A program made the translations under genes and the position numbers. This document shows positions 38,301 through 52,000 of a stretch of 64,000 nt of DNA, piece after piece. How positions within the stretch are numbered: position 1 is the stretch's first letter; each line of letters opens with the position of its first letter. The notes under the pieces are model-generated. The model had not been told where the DNA came from. It made no database searches and saw nothing but the letters and a program-made list of their open reading frames with translations. The DNA is from Tubiluchus corallicola (taxonomy: Eukaryota; Animalia; Priapulida): contig JAQGDQ010000147.1 of assembly GCA_030141605.1 (NCBI GenBank), forward strand, positions 186,001-250,000, read 5' to 3'.

Positions 38301-39538
38301 AGCGACAAAACGTTTTCAGAATTTCTTCCCCGGCGATGTAATCATTACGTGTAATAAGATACGTGATGGTGAACAGCGACTAGTAAAACTAAAGGGAGGC
38401 AAGTGTTGTTACTGATAACTTTACACATAATCAAATGCTTATTTTATTTGCATTTTGCTAGTTGTGCATTCACCGGGGCTACTTTTTAAAACGTGAACAT
38501 GGTAAAGACAATTGATAGCCATGGGTGTGCAGTAAATGTGGTGCTGTCAAGTTTGGTCATGCCTGCTGGTGAACAGATAAGTTGAATCTTGCCGTTTAGA
38601 TTTAGCAGCAATATTTTATTTCCATTTTTATGCCACAGATTTTTTAATTTGCACTCTGTGCACTATGTCCAATTTGCAAATATACAGTCTCCATTACAGT
38701 TGGAAAGACAATTTGTCACTTCAAGTGTGACATACACGAGTGCCTTCTTGAATGCCTCATTTGAAAGATGAAATATGAATTTTAAGTATGTCTTAATCAT
38801 AAGTACTTAGTACATTCTTTACATATTTTCAGGTGATCCAACAGGAAAGCATGTAGTGATCATTGATGATCTAGTACAAACTGGTGGAACGCTGATTGAA
38901 TGTGCAAAAGTACACTATTTTTTATTTCTTTTATACTGGTAAATTTTAGAAGTACTGTTCTTTTTTCAACTCTCAAATGAAGAAAATGTTGTAAGCACTA
39001 GTATATGAAGTGTCCGGGCTAAGTACGGTTTAAGTGTTGCATAATGTTGCTGTTCAAAGTTCTGGAAGAAGCCGAGTTTGTTTAGAATCATTAGACAGTG
39101 GACTCTGCTTCATGGTAAGAAATTTCATGTCACCAGGTGTCCCAGTTCTTCTGTCACTGCACATGCCATGTTCCTAATTTTGAGCATCTAGATCCAATAC
39201 TTGTGTTTTTGGCATTTTAACAAATTATTTTGGCTAATTATTTTTTTTACCTTTTTAGAAGTAGCAGTGTTCACACTATGCTTTTTTGGTTTCTTTGACA
39301 GGCTTTACTGAATTATGGAGCCAGAGCCGTCAGTGCTTATGTGACTCATGCCGTATTTCCAAATAAAGCTTTTGAGCGCTTCACCGAGGGCAATAACAAC
39401 TGTAACTTTGAGAATTTCTGGATAACGGACTCAGTGCCGCATGCTTATGAAATTTGCAAGCATCCTCCCTTCAAATTATTGTCTTTGTCGGATGTGATAG
39501 CTGATATTCTCTGGGGCTATGATTTAACACAGTACTGA
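26332..39538 (+). CDS. PRS4: Ribose-phosphate pyrophosphokinase, class II (plant PRS3/PRS4-like), about 377 aa; exons 26332-26386, 28084-28193, 34535-34612, 36674-36782, 37487-37559, 37720-37813, 37930-38048, 38217-38398, 38833-38909, 39302-39538
   Basis: Phase-consistent exons encode [107 protein letters not shown] and PFKLLSL, colinear with recalled Arabidopsis PRS4. The first three exons are less certain than the rest. Confidence 0.9.
28562..31826. mobile_element. Non-autonomous DNA transposon with long TIRs (Sola3-like), 3265 bp, in a PRS intron
   Basis: TTAA duplicated at 28558-28561 and 31827-31830. Termini GAGTCATTCCG...CGGAATGACTC. Imperfect inverted repeats of about 490 bp (28562-29047 vs 31331-31826). 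GAG..CTC ends, a TTAA target and long TIRs are the Sola3 signature. No transposase ORF. Confidence 0.8.
30127..31208. repeat. About 1.1-kb compound (GA)n/(GACA)n/(CA)n microsatellite inside the Sola3-like element
   Basis: Continuous GAGACACAGAGAGACA-type units; it generates the artefactual RE-rich and SLCV-rich ORFs. Confidence 0.95.
32729..32822. repeat. GA-rich purine microsatellite
   Basis: gagagagagg...gagagagaga tract. Confidence 0.8.
35254..35530 (+). mobile_element. tRNA-derived SINE in PRS intron
   Basis: A box TGGCAGAGTGG and B box-like GAGTTTGAAACTC, then CTAGGCCTACTCAATCTTAATTGAGTACT shared with 19372-19506. Does not fold into a complete tRNA. Confidence 0.65.
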
Positions 39539-42500
39539 GGAGTTAGTTGTTATGTCACAATTTGTTTTTTGTTAACCTTTTAGATGATGGGAATGACTGA
39601 TAATTCATTCACTTGTTAGTATTTTGACTGCCAAATTGGCATTTAATGAGACAAACTTGGGTCATTTGGATAATGGTGCTGTTTTGACAATATTAGAGTT
39701 AGTATTGATGTATACTATCATGACAGTATTTTTCATCTTAGATAGCTTATGTTTACTTTTATGATTAAAGTAGATTTTGATGTTGTAGATGTAGTTATTA
39801 CTGTAAAGTGAGCTACAATTTAATATTATTGATGAATGTTTCACTTACCGAGTTAACGAAATACACGGTACCAATATTGGTTGTTAATTTTGTTATATGC
39901 ACATGATTTTTTTTGCTGTGTTACTTTGAAGACAATGTTAAAACTTCATGTGTTATTCTGTTTTATCTGAAAAGTTTCTACAATTTCTTTTTCTGTGTAC
40001 TGGCCATGGATGGTAGCTGCTGCAATTGATTTTGTACATAAACGAGATAAGTGCCTTATGAGATAATGTTTCTCAAATGTCATACGTCATCTTTCCATTA
40101 TCTTTGTAACAAACTATTATGGTATTTTGATATAAGACTGCAATGGCAACCATACTTGAGTAAACAACTAGTGTCCTATAATCTAATACCAAATTACACT
40201 GGTTACTGTAGGGCAGATTTAATATGATCCATATGTGCTTCATTTATACTTGGTAATGACTTGATCTTGTCTCTGTCATTGTGGAAGGATGGTTGAACAC
40301 TCTCTCTTTCTGCTCCCTATTCTAGCTATGAGACAAAAATGCAGATTTCTAACTTTTTTTATTTGAATGTAAGTAGTGTAAGTGTAGATTTCATTTTTGT
40401 ATGCACAAACTGGGCTTTGCATGGCCGTAATCTGGACTTGGGGACACTGTAACGTAAGTCTTTTTTATAATTCATACTGTTCCAACTTCGTGCTTTGAGC
40501 GTTTGCTGTTTGAATGCCGTGCCATATGCAATTTTGTTTCTTATAAAGTGAAGTGCTTTTGAATATTTTCAAAGTTCGTTGTTGATTAAACTGTGATGTC
40601 ACATTAATGGGTAATGTGTTTGGGTTTGTGACAGTGTGCTATTGTTTATGTAATCACGTCTTTTTACAATTATTTTTGTGATGAGGAAGAATTTCATATA
40701 TATCTATTATGAATTTGCTTTAAGAATCTAATGATGGATGGGAAAGATCTGATATGAGTGTAAACTAGAAAAAATTTTCTAAACATTTTTGTATACAGTA
40801 ATTATATGTTACATAATTATGTATTTGGATTTTTTATGCAGAATAATTACATAACATAGGTGAGTAATTGAATTTATTTTATACATGTAATTACATCCAT
40901 GAATAATGTGGAAAATAAAAGTGTACAATGTTATTTATATGGAAAGAGAAATTTCAAGTAGTTTCTTGAATAAAGTGATTATTCATGTTTCCAACAGGTT
41001 GCATTATATTTATTTCCGGCTACACAAGGAATCTGCAGTAGAAGGAAAGTACGTTTCCCTTATGCAAACTGTTTGTTTTACTTTTGCATTTGCACTGTTC
41101 CTCATAAATGTTTTCATTGTTTGAATTTGCGTTTGGTTGCCATGGGATGGTTCCCATGGCCTGGAAATTGTGCTGGCATCTCTGCTTGTTTGATGTGTTT
41201 TCCATTTAAATATGAAACTGAGTTTATTTGTGCAAACAATGCATATAATAGTTAAAATGTTAAGTTAAAATAGCTAAAATGGAATGTTTCTTTTATTAAT
41301 CTAATTCTAAGATTCTAATCTTAATCTAAATCTAGAGTTTATATAATTATTGAACAAAAGTTGTTGAAGCATTTTTTTGGAGCTTGTGGTTTAGTGCATT
41401 AGCATACACTATGTTAATTTTGAAGCCTAAGTTGCAAATTTAGTAAGACCCAAAATGAGATAATGATTTCTATGGTTGGTATGGAAAGGAAATGGTCAAT
41501 TTCCCAGGCACCCAATCAATTGACTCAGTGAGGATTCCTTGCAGAACAGTCCCGAGTGCTACTTCCCTTTATGGTAGTCGTTCTTCTCGGTACTCTCAGT
41601 CAGGTAAAGCAAACAGAGAGTGCTTTGAGCACTGAGGACATTTTTAGTAAAGAGAATTAGCGTTAGCGTTGGGCTTATCCAATGGTTCTTGGGTGATTTA
41701 GTCATCAAGTGCATGCCGTACAAACAAGATCCCTGATGTTACAACATAGCTGAGAGCATTTTTTGCTATTTCCTTTATATGCCAATCAAAGAAGTTGTGC
41801 CATTATCAGAGTGGAAGACAGCTGCATAAATTAATTTGACGTTTAACAGTGCCCTCGAAAATTGACATAAGGCATTATGTGGACTCGTAATGAGTTTGTG
41901 CCTATAATGCAACAAAAAATGCTTTGTATTTTCGTAGCAGTGCCTGTATTGCAAGCTACAAGTATTTTGGCTCTCTTATGTAACGCATGATTTGATAAGA
42001 TTGATAAAGATTTTCCTTAATATCTGTTTATTGCCACTATTTCATCACTTCGTCCAAATAATTTTGGTAACCTTTTTAAATGGGTAACTGTCAAGATGAT
42101 TAAAGTCACAATAATTTGTATATTTATGATATTTGTTTGCGTGATAATAGTGTTTCTCAAATAAAATGATTTCAAAAGTTATCTGGTCTCGTGAATAATT
42201 ATTCATTATCTTCTGGCACGTAGTTACTTCTGTTCTTAATTTTAACCAGATGACAAAATTCCAAACAAAACAATTCAAACATTTCACAAAAATTAATCTT
42301 ATTCAATATAATCAACCAAAACAATTAACTAGCATGCTATAAAAACAAATGCCAAATTTCAAAATTTACAAGAACAGTTATTTCCACAAATCCCGACTTC
42401 AAAGAAGGTGTGGCATTAAAAACGAAGCTGAGATTACACTTGATTTGCTATTGTAAAACAATTATTGTAGTTAATTAAGGAAAGTCACCATAACATAACC

Positions 42501-43083
42501 CATCATGGTATCACCATAATAAAATACAAGTTACCAAAAAACTTTGCCACATGAATTGCTACATAAAAGATGAATACGACAATAAAACCTTTAAAAATAC
42601 AGAAAGACGTTTTTTAATTTCATATGGATTTCTTTTACTGACTTGGTTCACATTCTAAGTACCTCTTTTTGCGACAAGTTTCTGAGAGGACCACAAGCAA
42701 AGTGAATAAAACACAGCAGACAACCCTTACACCACTGCAACAATTTTTTTACATACACATTACTGTAACACTAAACAACAGTTCATCAATCCAAGTAAAA
42801 AAGTTATTAACAGTTAGATGTAGATGACAGTTACTAGTCCCTGAAATGTATGATACGGCAGGACAATTCAACGGATCAGCAGAACAAAGTTGTTAGCTGT
42901 GCTATTTGATTATTGCTACTTTGCTGCTTCCAGAAGACTATGCTGTATTTAAAATCAGTATTTGCATTGGTGCTGCTTCTATACTATATGACCAAAAGCT
43001 ACAATGCCATGCCAGCACGTTCTTGATTCTTACATAGGAACACCAACATACTATATTATAACCTAGCTCTCTAAACAACATGT

Positions 43084-46000
43084 TCATCTTCTAAATCTAT
43101 TTTTGAGCATCTTTAGTGTTTTCTGCATCATCGGAGCGAGTGTTTTCTTCTCTAAAAAAGAAAAACAATCAGACAATTTACTGAACTCAAAACATGTTCC
43201 CATAAGTACAATATAGGGTGCTCCAAAAGAAACATTGAAATAAACATGTGACAAACATGACGTCATTATAATGTCATCATTCCAGTTTTTCTCGCACATA
43301 AGCTGGTATGACCACACTTACAAGGCTTTGTATAAGATTGACATATGTATAGCAATTGTTAGTGAACTGTTTTTTTTGGAACATGCTGTAGTTTTGTATT
43401 TCCTACTCAATCACTGTCAAGCAGAGCTCAGCTGCAAGTCCAAAATCCAGAAGATGAAAACACCCAGTAGTTCTCTATCGTTTAATAATATGGTTGTTGA
43501 GCCATTCGGTTACACCTAACTAATAAAGTCTTGTTGTTTTGCACATTACAAGCTACCAATATGTTGCCAGAAAATCTCAATTTTGCCAGTCTGTGCAAAT
43601 TTCACCAAAGAATTTATTAAATGGTTTTAAAATTTTTATTTCAATAAATCAAAATTTTGTTCTGTTTACATTTTCAACAGTTCTTGCATACTACCACTAG
43701 TTGATATGAAATACTTTGCTACTAAACCTTTTTTGCGAGGTGAAGTTGATGATGGCGGTTCCTTTTTTGGTCGCTTCACGGGATGAGCTTTCTCTGCAAC
43801 GGTTTTTGGTTCCTCGTGAGGAAGCCACGCTGTACCGGCAGTACCATGCTTGATTTGCTTCCTTCTCACATCGCGGGGCGGCTTGGCAACACCATCCACA
43901 TATGCAAGTTTGGCCGAGCGAACTAAAAATGTACATACAAGATCATGAGTTTTCCTTATAAGGTTCTGCAGTCTGCACACTGCAAGCCAGAATCAAGAAT
44001 TCAATGGCAAGGTCTAGTCAATGCTAATTTTTAATTTAAGACAGGGATTTGCTCATTATCATAAATAACCCTGTAAATTGGCAGAGGTTTTAACAATGAT
44101 TAGGTACGTGCACTGTCAAGTTGGAAAACAGTCAGAATCAGAATAGTAAATGAAGTATTGAATGTTGAACCCAGGGTTAGTGGATTATTCAGCAGTGCTA
44201 ACCTCGGCAGCAAATCATATTCAGTTCACCTTATATTGCCAAATAATTAAATAAAGTCACATAAGCAGTGCTTGCCTGTTAAGGATGACATCATGCTCGC
44301 GCCCCATCATGCAATTTTGAATTTAGAAGAGCATTTTATTGCTCCATCCACTTCTCGAAGTCAGACCCACAAAGTGCTACTTCCTAGTATTTTTCTGAGT
44401 TGCCCGTTGGGCTAGTAAAAATTCACTATTTGGAAAGTATTTTAGTAAAACCCCTAATCAACGACTAATTAAACTTGAAATTTTTTGAAAATTAAAATAC
44501 AGTTTTTTCTACAAATTATCGATTTTTCTTTGAAGCATTTTTTCCAGTCTCTAACGCCAAGATGCTGTCATTATTGGTATAACAGAAATAAGTTGCACTC
44601 TCTTATTTGGATAATCTGTAGCATTCTTAGCCAACTGCCTTGCTACTAACATACTGATCGCACTATACTAAGTGCTTATAGCCTTATGAGGTAATGAAAT
44701 TATACAGTGCTACTTGAATAATTTCTCATTGTTAAAATTATAGTACAATCTACTATATTTGCATTAAAACTGGGAAAACATTTTCACTAATTGAAGTATG
44801 AATTGGTACACAAGTAAAGTAAATGAATGGAAATTGTTTAGAAATTTATTTTTGCCCTTTTTAAGGCCTACTCATCAATTTTCAGCATGCATTATTACAT
44901 TGTTGGGGTCAGCCTCCACAATTAAGAAACTAAAATCTTCAGAATCACTGGACTCAATATTTAAATACACAGTGTAATAATATATTATCAGAGGCGAGTA
45001 GTTTTAATATTCATTATGCACTCCCACATCTTATGAGAGAATAGCTATGACAAGACAAACAAATCTATACAATGTTCAATACATCTGGTCACATAAGGTC
45101 ATTACATGTATGCAGTATTATACATCAAAGTTACATAAGGTAGGCACAGTTATCTAATGATTTAATTATTAGCTCTACAAGAATAAACAAAAATTTTAAC
45201 ACAGCATTAACAGCTCCCCATGTAAATTTCAGAAGAGCTTTTAATAGCAAATTAGCTAGCAATTAACGAAATAATTAATTAGATTATGACTGTGAATGTC
45301 AGAATGTTCATAAACTATTATGGTTGATTTCACAACAATTACTACCCTTGCGGGTAACGAGTTAAAGAAAGAAGGGAGATGCTGGAAAATTGTGAACTAG
45401 TTCGGATTTGAAAACCCGAGACCTCTGAAGTACACTCAGGTTTACAAGCATGCTGGCTTTCAGTCATAATCTAATTAATGAGTTTTTATAGTCCCCAGCA
45501 TATCTGAAAAGACAAGCACTGCACAAGTTATGTATAGTTGGTTAATTGCAGCTTATAGTTAATCCTGAAGCACTAAACATGATTAGCCTAAACAGTTTCA
45601 GCACTTTGTTAATTATCTAGCTCGCAATTAATTAACTTACCTGGATTCTGCTTTGCCATCTGAGCAGATATATTGGCAGTAATGTTTCGGAGTTTTGCCT
45701 CTCGCTCGTCATGCAACCTCTGCAAGAAAAGACCATTATTCTACCAGGCTACTGAAATGAGGAAATTTCAGTTAATAAATAATTCCGAAACCGTTCCGTG
45801 CTGAATCTGATGAAGTTTATTTACTGTGGCTACAGTCCTGTTTAAATTTCCATTTTTCCAAGTTATTCCTTCCTCCAAGTTTCATTATTAATTACCCGTT
45901 CGTCACATAAGGTACTTAATTGTACATAATTATTTGATCGAGAACATTTATTAAACAATTTCCAAACATAAGTTTAATTTTTAGTGCATACCGCTAACGC

Positions 46001-49000
46001 TCAAGATATTGATGAGAAATAATTGTAAAACAGTTTAGGTGCAGTCAAACCTCATTTACCACCTGCAAAATGGCAGTATTAAACTGCATAAAAAATAACC
46101 TGTCATACTGCCACCCGTTACCTGCCATCCGTCAGGCATATTAATATACATGTTCAATGAGGAAATATCACCAGCCACGCCAGTGACCTCGATATTATGC
46201 CAGTTACTTACATAATAGCCAAACTTACTATAACGCCAACTTTTGGGTGGTATAGAGGTTTGACTACTAAAATCAAGTTAAAATACAAGCTTTCTATTGA
46301 AGTTGCAGTGCATGTTAGATAGCTAGAAAACTGGTTTTAACAATACATTACAGGTAATGTTATCAAGCAATAACAATGACTATAGTTGCAAAGCTTTGCT
46401 TGCACGTAATACTTACTAAGTAAAGCTCTCGCCAGGACTCCATATGTTCAGGCTCCCTAAACTTAAATTCTTTATTACAATGGCTCTTCCATAAACCATC
46501 CGTATCTTCTAATAAATACTAAACACACATATTATTAGTGTTCTTTCTATAGTGCAAATTATTAAAATTTGTCGGTCTATCTTTACAAAAAAAATAGTTA
46601 ACAGAGTAGTTAAAAAGACATTTCATGAGAAAAACCAAAATTTTGCAATTCAAAAGTAAAACACAAAAAAAGACCTCAAAAGTATAATGTCTATGAAAAA
46701 ATCAACTAGAAAGAGAGACACTGTTGAAAAAATGATGTGTTAAGAAAAATACAGTACTTTATCGCTTCATCTCTTAGTAATGGGATAGCGGTTGCATTTT
46801 CATAATCGATTATTCGGATACGAAACTAATTGGATAATTGATCATAATCGGTGTGATTTTCCACTATTTTACAAGGAAAAGGTACATCTGTTTGTGAAAA
46901 ATCATCTGTTTGTGCTCATGAGAAATCTTAGCGTCCAAACAGCAACGACAACATGCTTAGATACTGCGCACAGGTGATAATTGATTTTACTGCATTAGTA
47001 ATATAATTGATCTGCAATGGCAGTTGAAAAAATAATTGACAATTGAAAATAAAAGCTCTAATCAATTATAATAGATTAAATTGATTACTTTGTCCCACCA
47101 CTAGTATTTGTCATGTCTTAAAACAGGACTGACTAAAGTTAAATTCAATTTTCAATTTGAATATAAACAGGTATTTGATACTTACAGGATTAAAATCTTC
47201 TAAGGTGTAAAGTTGACTTGGGGTACACCGCTCCAGCACAGGCTGCACAATGTCAAAAGGTATATTGCCCAAGTAATCAATAGCTACAAAATACAAAGAA
47301 AATTTGGAAAAAGAAGTTAATATCTTTCATTTGAACACAAATTACAAAATATCTCTCACTTGTAATTTTCTCTTATAAATATAGAAAGTAATATGTTACA
47401 CTAAGCTCCATTATAATACTATTTTATTAGGTTAGATAAATAAATAGTTTTACCTCAAACTTAGAAGAGTTAATATTTCACTTAATTTCTTAAGTACACT
47501 TGTTTTGGCAAATCGGCTTGTGATCGCATTATCACATCTACTAGGCTTATATTAATCACTCGATTATCTTAATTTTATAATTATTTAGAATTTTCATAAT
47601 GTGTAAAAAGTTTGTTATGCTAACAATAAACTTAGTGAAGATAATTTAATGTGCTTACAGTCAATATTGTCAATTAAAATCCGAATGCAAGCATCAAACA
47701 GTCGAGGAACAGCTGAAATAAACAAGTTAATTGCTACATGAAATCATAGAATGAAACAATTCCATTCTCACGAAACACATACAAAAAAGAAAACGATATA
47801 TTAACACATAATATAGCACTTGTTTACTTATATTTACCACTTGCACCATCTTGCACTTCAGAAAACCAAAATTTTCAGAAAGCCACATTGCGGTTGCAAA
47901 AAATGATAAGTTTCACAGAACTTGTTTACATATCAAGGTAACAAACTATCACAACAAAAGTAATTGATGGCAATGATGTTTTAATATTAATACTATTTAC
48001 AGAATGAACCAGTTCTAATTCAAAAAAGCTCTAAAGCACTAAAGAGCACAAACCAGTTTAAACCTGAATAAAGGTGAGCATTTCTTCTTCCAGAGTAAAG
48101 CTGAGTTTTTGTTTTCTTGCTCCCGATAAAATAGTTATCGTCAAAAGTACCTGAAAGTTGGAAATAAGACACTTGAAAACAAAAATCAACGGTAGTTATA
48201 TTTTTGTGGAACAAGTGAGGTTGAGGCAATCAGTCACTTGGTCAAAGCAACTCATCTCGCATAAAGAACAAAACTTTTCATTTATTATATAACATTTGTA
48301 AAGCATTACTAGGATACTTAGAAAAATATAATGATAAATTAAAATGCTATGTTAAGAGTGGATTAACATTTCCCGAAACCAGTGAGTATTGAGTGGTCAT
48401 TGCGGGCATTGCTAAAGTTCATGCACAAAGGTTCCTAGTAAACAAATTCAAAAAGCTTTGTGTTTAGTATGGAAGAGAATTTCAGTCCTAAGAGTAAATC
48501 ACGTATGGAAAAGTCTACCTTTGAGCAACACTCTTTATCTACAAAAATCAGTACAATACAAATATATGACAACAATTATTAGTTTAAATTAACTCCCTTA
48601 ATTCAGTATATTTTCTTTTAACAGTGCGATCACTCTTTTTAACTAAAGTAAGACTTTGTTTACACTTTACATGCATTTTTTTAACTAAAAAGATGAAACA
48701 GTAAATTTCATCAATTTAACAAATAAATAATTCAATAAATAAATACAAGAGACATGCTCTAAGCATATTTTATTCAGTATCGAACAAAAGTGTGTAAGGC
48801 TGATTTATCAGGATTTGATTTAGTGCAGCATATAGTAGGTGTAAAAAACTCCTAGAAATTTTCGTTATTAAACCTTTTCAGAAATAATAGAATTTTCATG
48901 ACTTAAAGCTACCTGATTTCTTTCTATGCGGTTCCTCATATAATGTCGGGTAGTGCATAGGTTTGTAGTTTGGCTGAATATCCGGTAAAGTTGCGTCCAC

Positions 49001-52000
49001 ATTGACTTCGTTTTGGTTTGTCTAAAAATGATGCTTTTTTAGTATTATAATGGATAAGCGGCAATAAACCACCACCATATGATGTTGACTGTGATACACA
49101 AAAACTAGGAAAATTTAACTTCAAATTACAAGTTTAAAGCAGTGTTTACACGTGCCAGATCACAAGTGAATTCTGTTTCTTGCACTCTTTTGATCAGGTG
49201 CCTATTTTTTGTTCTCGATATACAGGTGATGTTGCCAACCAAACTAAGGGATGGTGAAAGAAGTGCAACAGTGACAAGTTAACTGCATGCACATACACGA
49301 AATTAGGCTTCCAACAATGGCGTAGCTAAGTGGTGACACTTTTGGATGGCGGCATTTTGCTCAAGTGCACCGATAAAGTTGGTTTTGTGACAACAGTACT
49401 AAACTTTTACAGTGTGGGTACAGTAGGCAAATATCATTGTCTAAGTTGCAAGTCCATAATTGTTATAGGTGTAGTGAAATATAATTTGTCCATCATAATT
49501 TGCATGTCAGTTGTTGTATGCATTAAGATGTTTACATGTTCATTGTTTTAGAAATTGTTCAAGTTTGAATATCAGTTGTCTGATAACAATGTGTGATTTC
49601 CTAACAATAATTTATCAGACATTTAAATGTTGTTTGGTGTGTCTGTGTGTTTCTTCTAGCAGAAGCCAAAACACCTGTCATAATTTAACTTTCCAAGAAA
49701 AAACTGATTATAGCAAGATTATAGTGATTTAATACCTTTGTAATATTTAAATATTCAAACTCAAGTGTCGCTCCACGTGCCACCGACTTCCAAGATAATT
49801 CTTTCATGTAAGTCACTCTTAAAAAATTACATTTTTCCTAAAAGGCCTTAAATATTCTATACTTTAGGTCATTTTGCACCATAGTTTATAATTAGGTCCT
49901 GTTTTTCCTTAAGGTCACTTCTCATTCCTATTTGTTAATTAGACCTGCTCACCATTTTGAGCTAACACCAAAAAATAGGCCTATACCAGTACATAAATTC
50001 TTAAACGAATACAATCTACTTTTAAAAAAACATTGACTAAAAACACCATGAAATGTATATAAAATGCATATAAGTTGTATTTACCTTACTTGCTCCTTGT
50101 GGAACTTCTAAGCCGTCGAGGTAGCTAGAGCTTTTGCCAGGACTATGATGCTGGTGTTCTCTCTCTGGTGAAGAGTCTCTTTTCTTTTTATGTGCACTTG
50201 CGCTCTTTTTTCTTTCCAGTTTATTATGTTTGCCAGTTTTTTTCGTTTTTCTTGATGTATCATAGCTTAGTGCATCAGCAAAAGAAAACAGCCCTTTCTT
50301 TTCATGTCCACTGGCATCATTGCTGCCCCTTTCTAGTGCTTTATCGATGGATGGCTGGTTTTTACTTAAAATTTTCGTGAAGTTAGAACTGTCGTCTAAT
50401 TCACCAGTCCATTTTACAACAGAGTTTGAGTTTTTAGTTCTACCACTTTCATGTTTAGGCCTACTGTCAGTTTCTGCATCCTTAGAATGCTTTGAACTAT
50501 GTTTTTCTTTGTGTTTTTCTTTATGACGATGTTTTGAGTGGTTTCTTTCTTTGTCTTTATATTTACTAGAGCGTGAATGATCTTTATGTGCAACAACCCT
50601 ATTAACATGAGAGTGTTCGATTTTTGTATCGGTGTGCCTAGAATTTTCACTGACTGCCTTTTTCTTATTAGTCAACTTAAAACATTGTGCCACATCGATA
50701 AGGGATGAGCATTTATTGGATGCATTAGATTGCTCTTCCAAGGATTCATAGTGTTCTGGTGTCTCAGTTTCCACCAAAGCTTTCCACTTTCTGACTAGTG
50801 CACGTGCTTCCTCGCCAATAAGACCATCTGCTTTACGGTAACCATTGACAACTTTTCCAATACCGGTGCTCTAAAGTCAATAATGACAAAATTATAGTAC
50901 TAGTGGTAAGGTGGGCTATATACATGTAATTACTATATAAATGCACAAACAGATTAGGAGTTCTTTTAGCTCTTACTTTGCGAGAGTAGAGTATTTGGTG
51001 CTACATACATAAATACAATGCAGCATACAAAATTATAATGAACAATAACATTGAATTTTTACATAATTTGCATTGAATTCATTAACATTTATTGTCGCCT
51101 CAATATCTAAAAGTAGTTTAAGACTTAAACTGTTCAATGTTCATTGGATCTGCCTTACATTCAAAGATGATGAGATAAGAGGTCTCATTAACTCCACTAA
51201 GCTAAGCAGATATATTTACGGAATAAGGTAAATACTGAAAATCCTACCTCAAGCACAGACACTGTCATTCTAATTCGCCTGAGTTTTTTAAACACATCAA
51301 GGATCTGCAAAAAAAGAAAGCATTAACTTAGAATATGAAAGAACTCAAGTAGTAATTATGGTCTGCACAGTTCAACTCAGACGTAACAGAGAATTCATGT
51401 TTTTTCACAAAGTTTAATTTCAAACAAGATCTTTTTCATACTAAACCTTCGGAGAATTTTGTTCCTTGATGAGAAACCTAAAACAAGCTATTTATTTATT
51501 CTTACACCTATTTACACCTTCTTCTAGAAAAAAGACTTTAAAAATACAAATGAATTGTATATCTTTGCATGTTAAATTTATGTAAAATCACAAAGGAATC
51601 TGACAGCCTATGTGTGCCGACTACATGTAAGTGAAGACATCATCATCACCATCATCTAAGTGCTTCCGTTACGCAACATAGCACCACTCATAATTTGGTG
51701 CCATGTTTCCTGATCTGCTGCCATATGTCAAGTATTTAAACAAGTATAAATTATGACAAAACAGAACAATACACAATAAACAAACAAATTCAATTCTGAA
51801 AATATGAAAATATGTTCAACCAGCATTCTCTGCTATTGTTTATGTATGGCACAGAGAGTTTTGTTTGATTTACAGAGCATGCATTCACTGACAAACTTAC
51901 CAAAATTATTGCGGTCAGACATTATTGCGGTTAAATAGCCAAAGTATGGAAAAGACTGAGCTATTTAAAAATGAAAAATTGCAAAAACGTTTTTCAGATA

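Noticed and set aside
26332-39538. Plant or algal contamination, or recent HGT, as the origin of the PRS gene
   Set aside because: Introns, TE content and base composition match the flanking animal genes, and nothing in the sequence indicates a recent foreign origin.
40678-40752. Possible box C/D snoRNA (GTGATGA...CTGA, about 75 nt)
   Set aside because: Not intronic, no terminal stem and no recognisable rRNA guide; expected by chance in AT-rich DNA.
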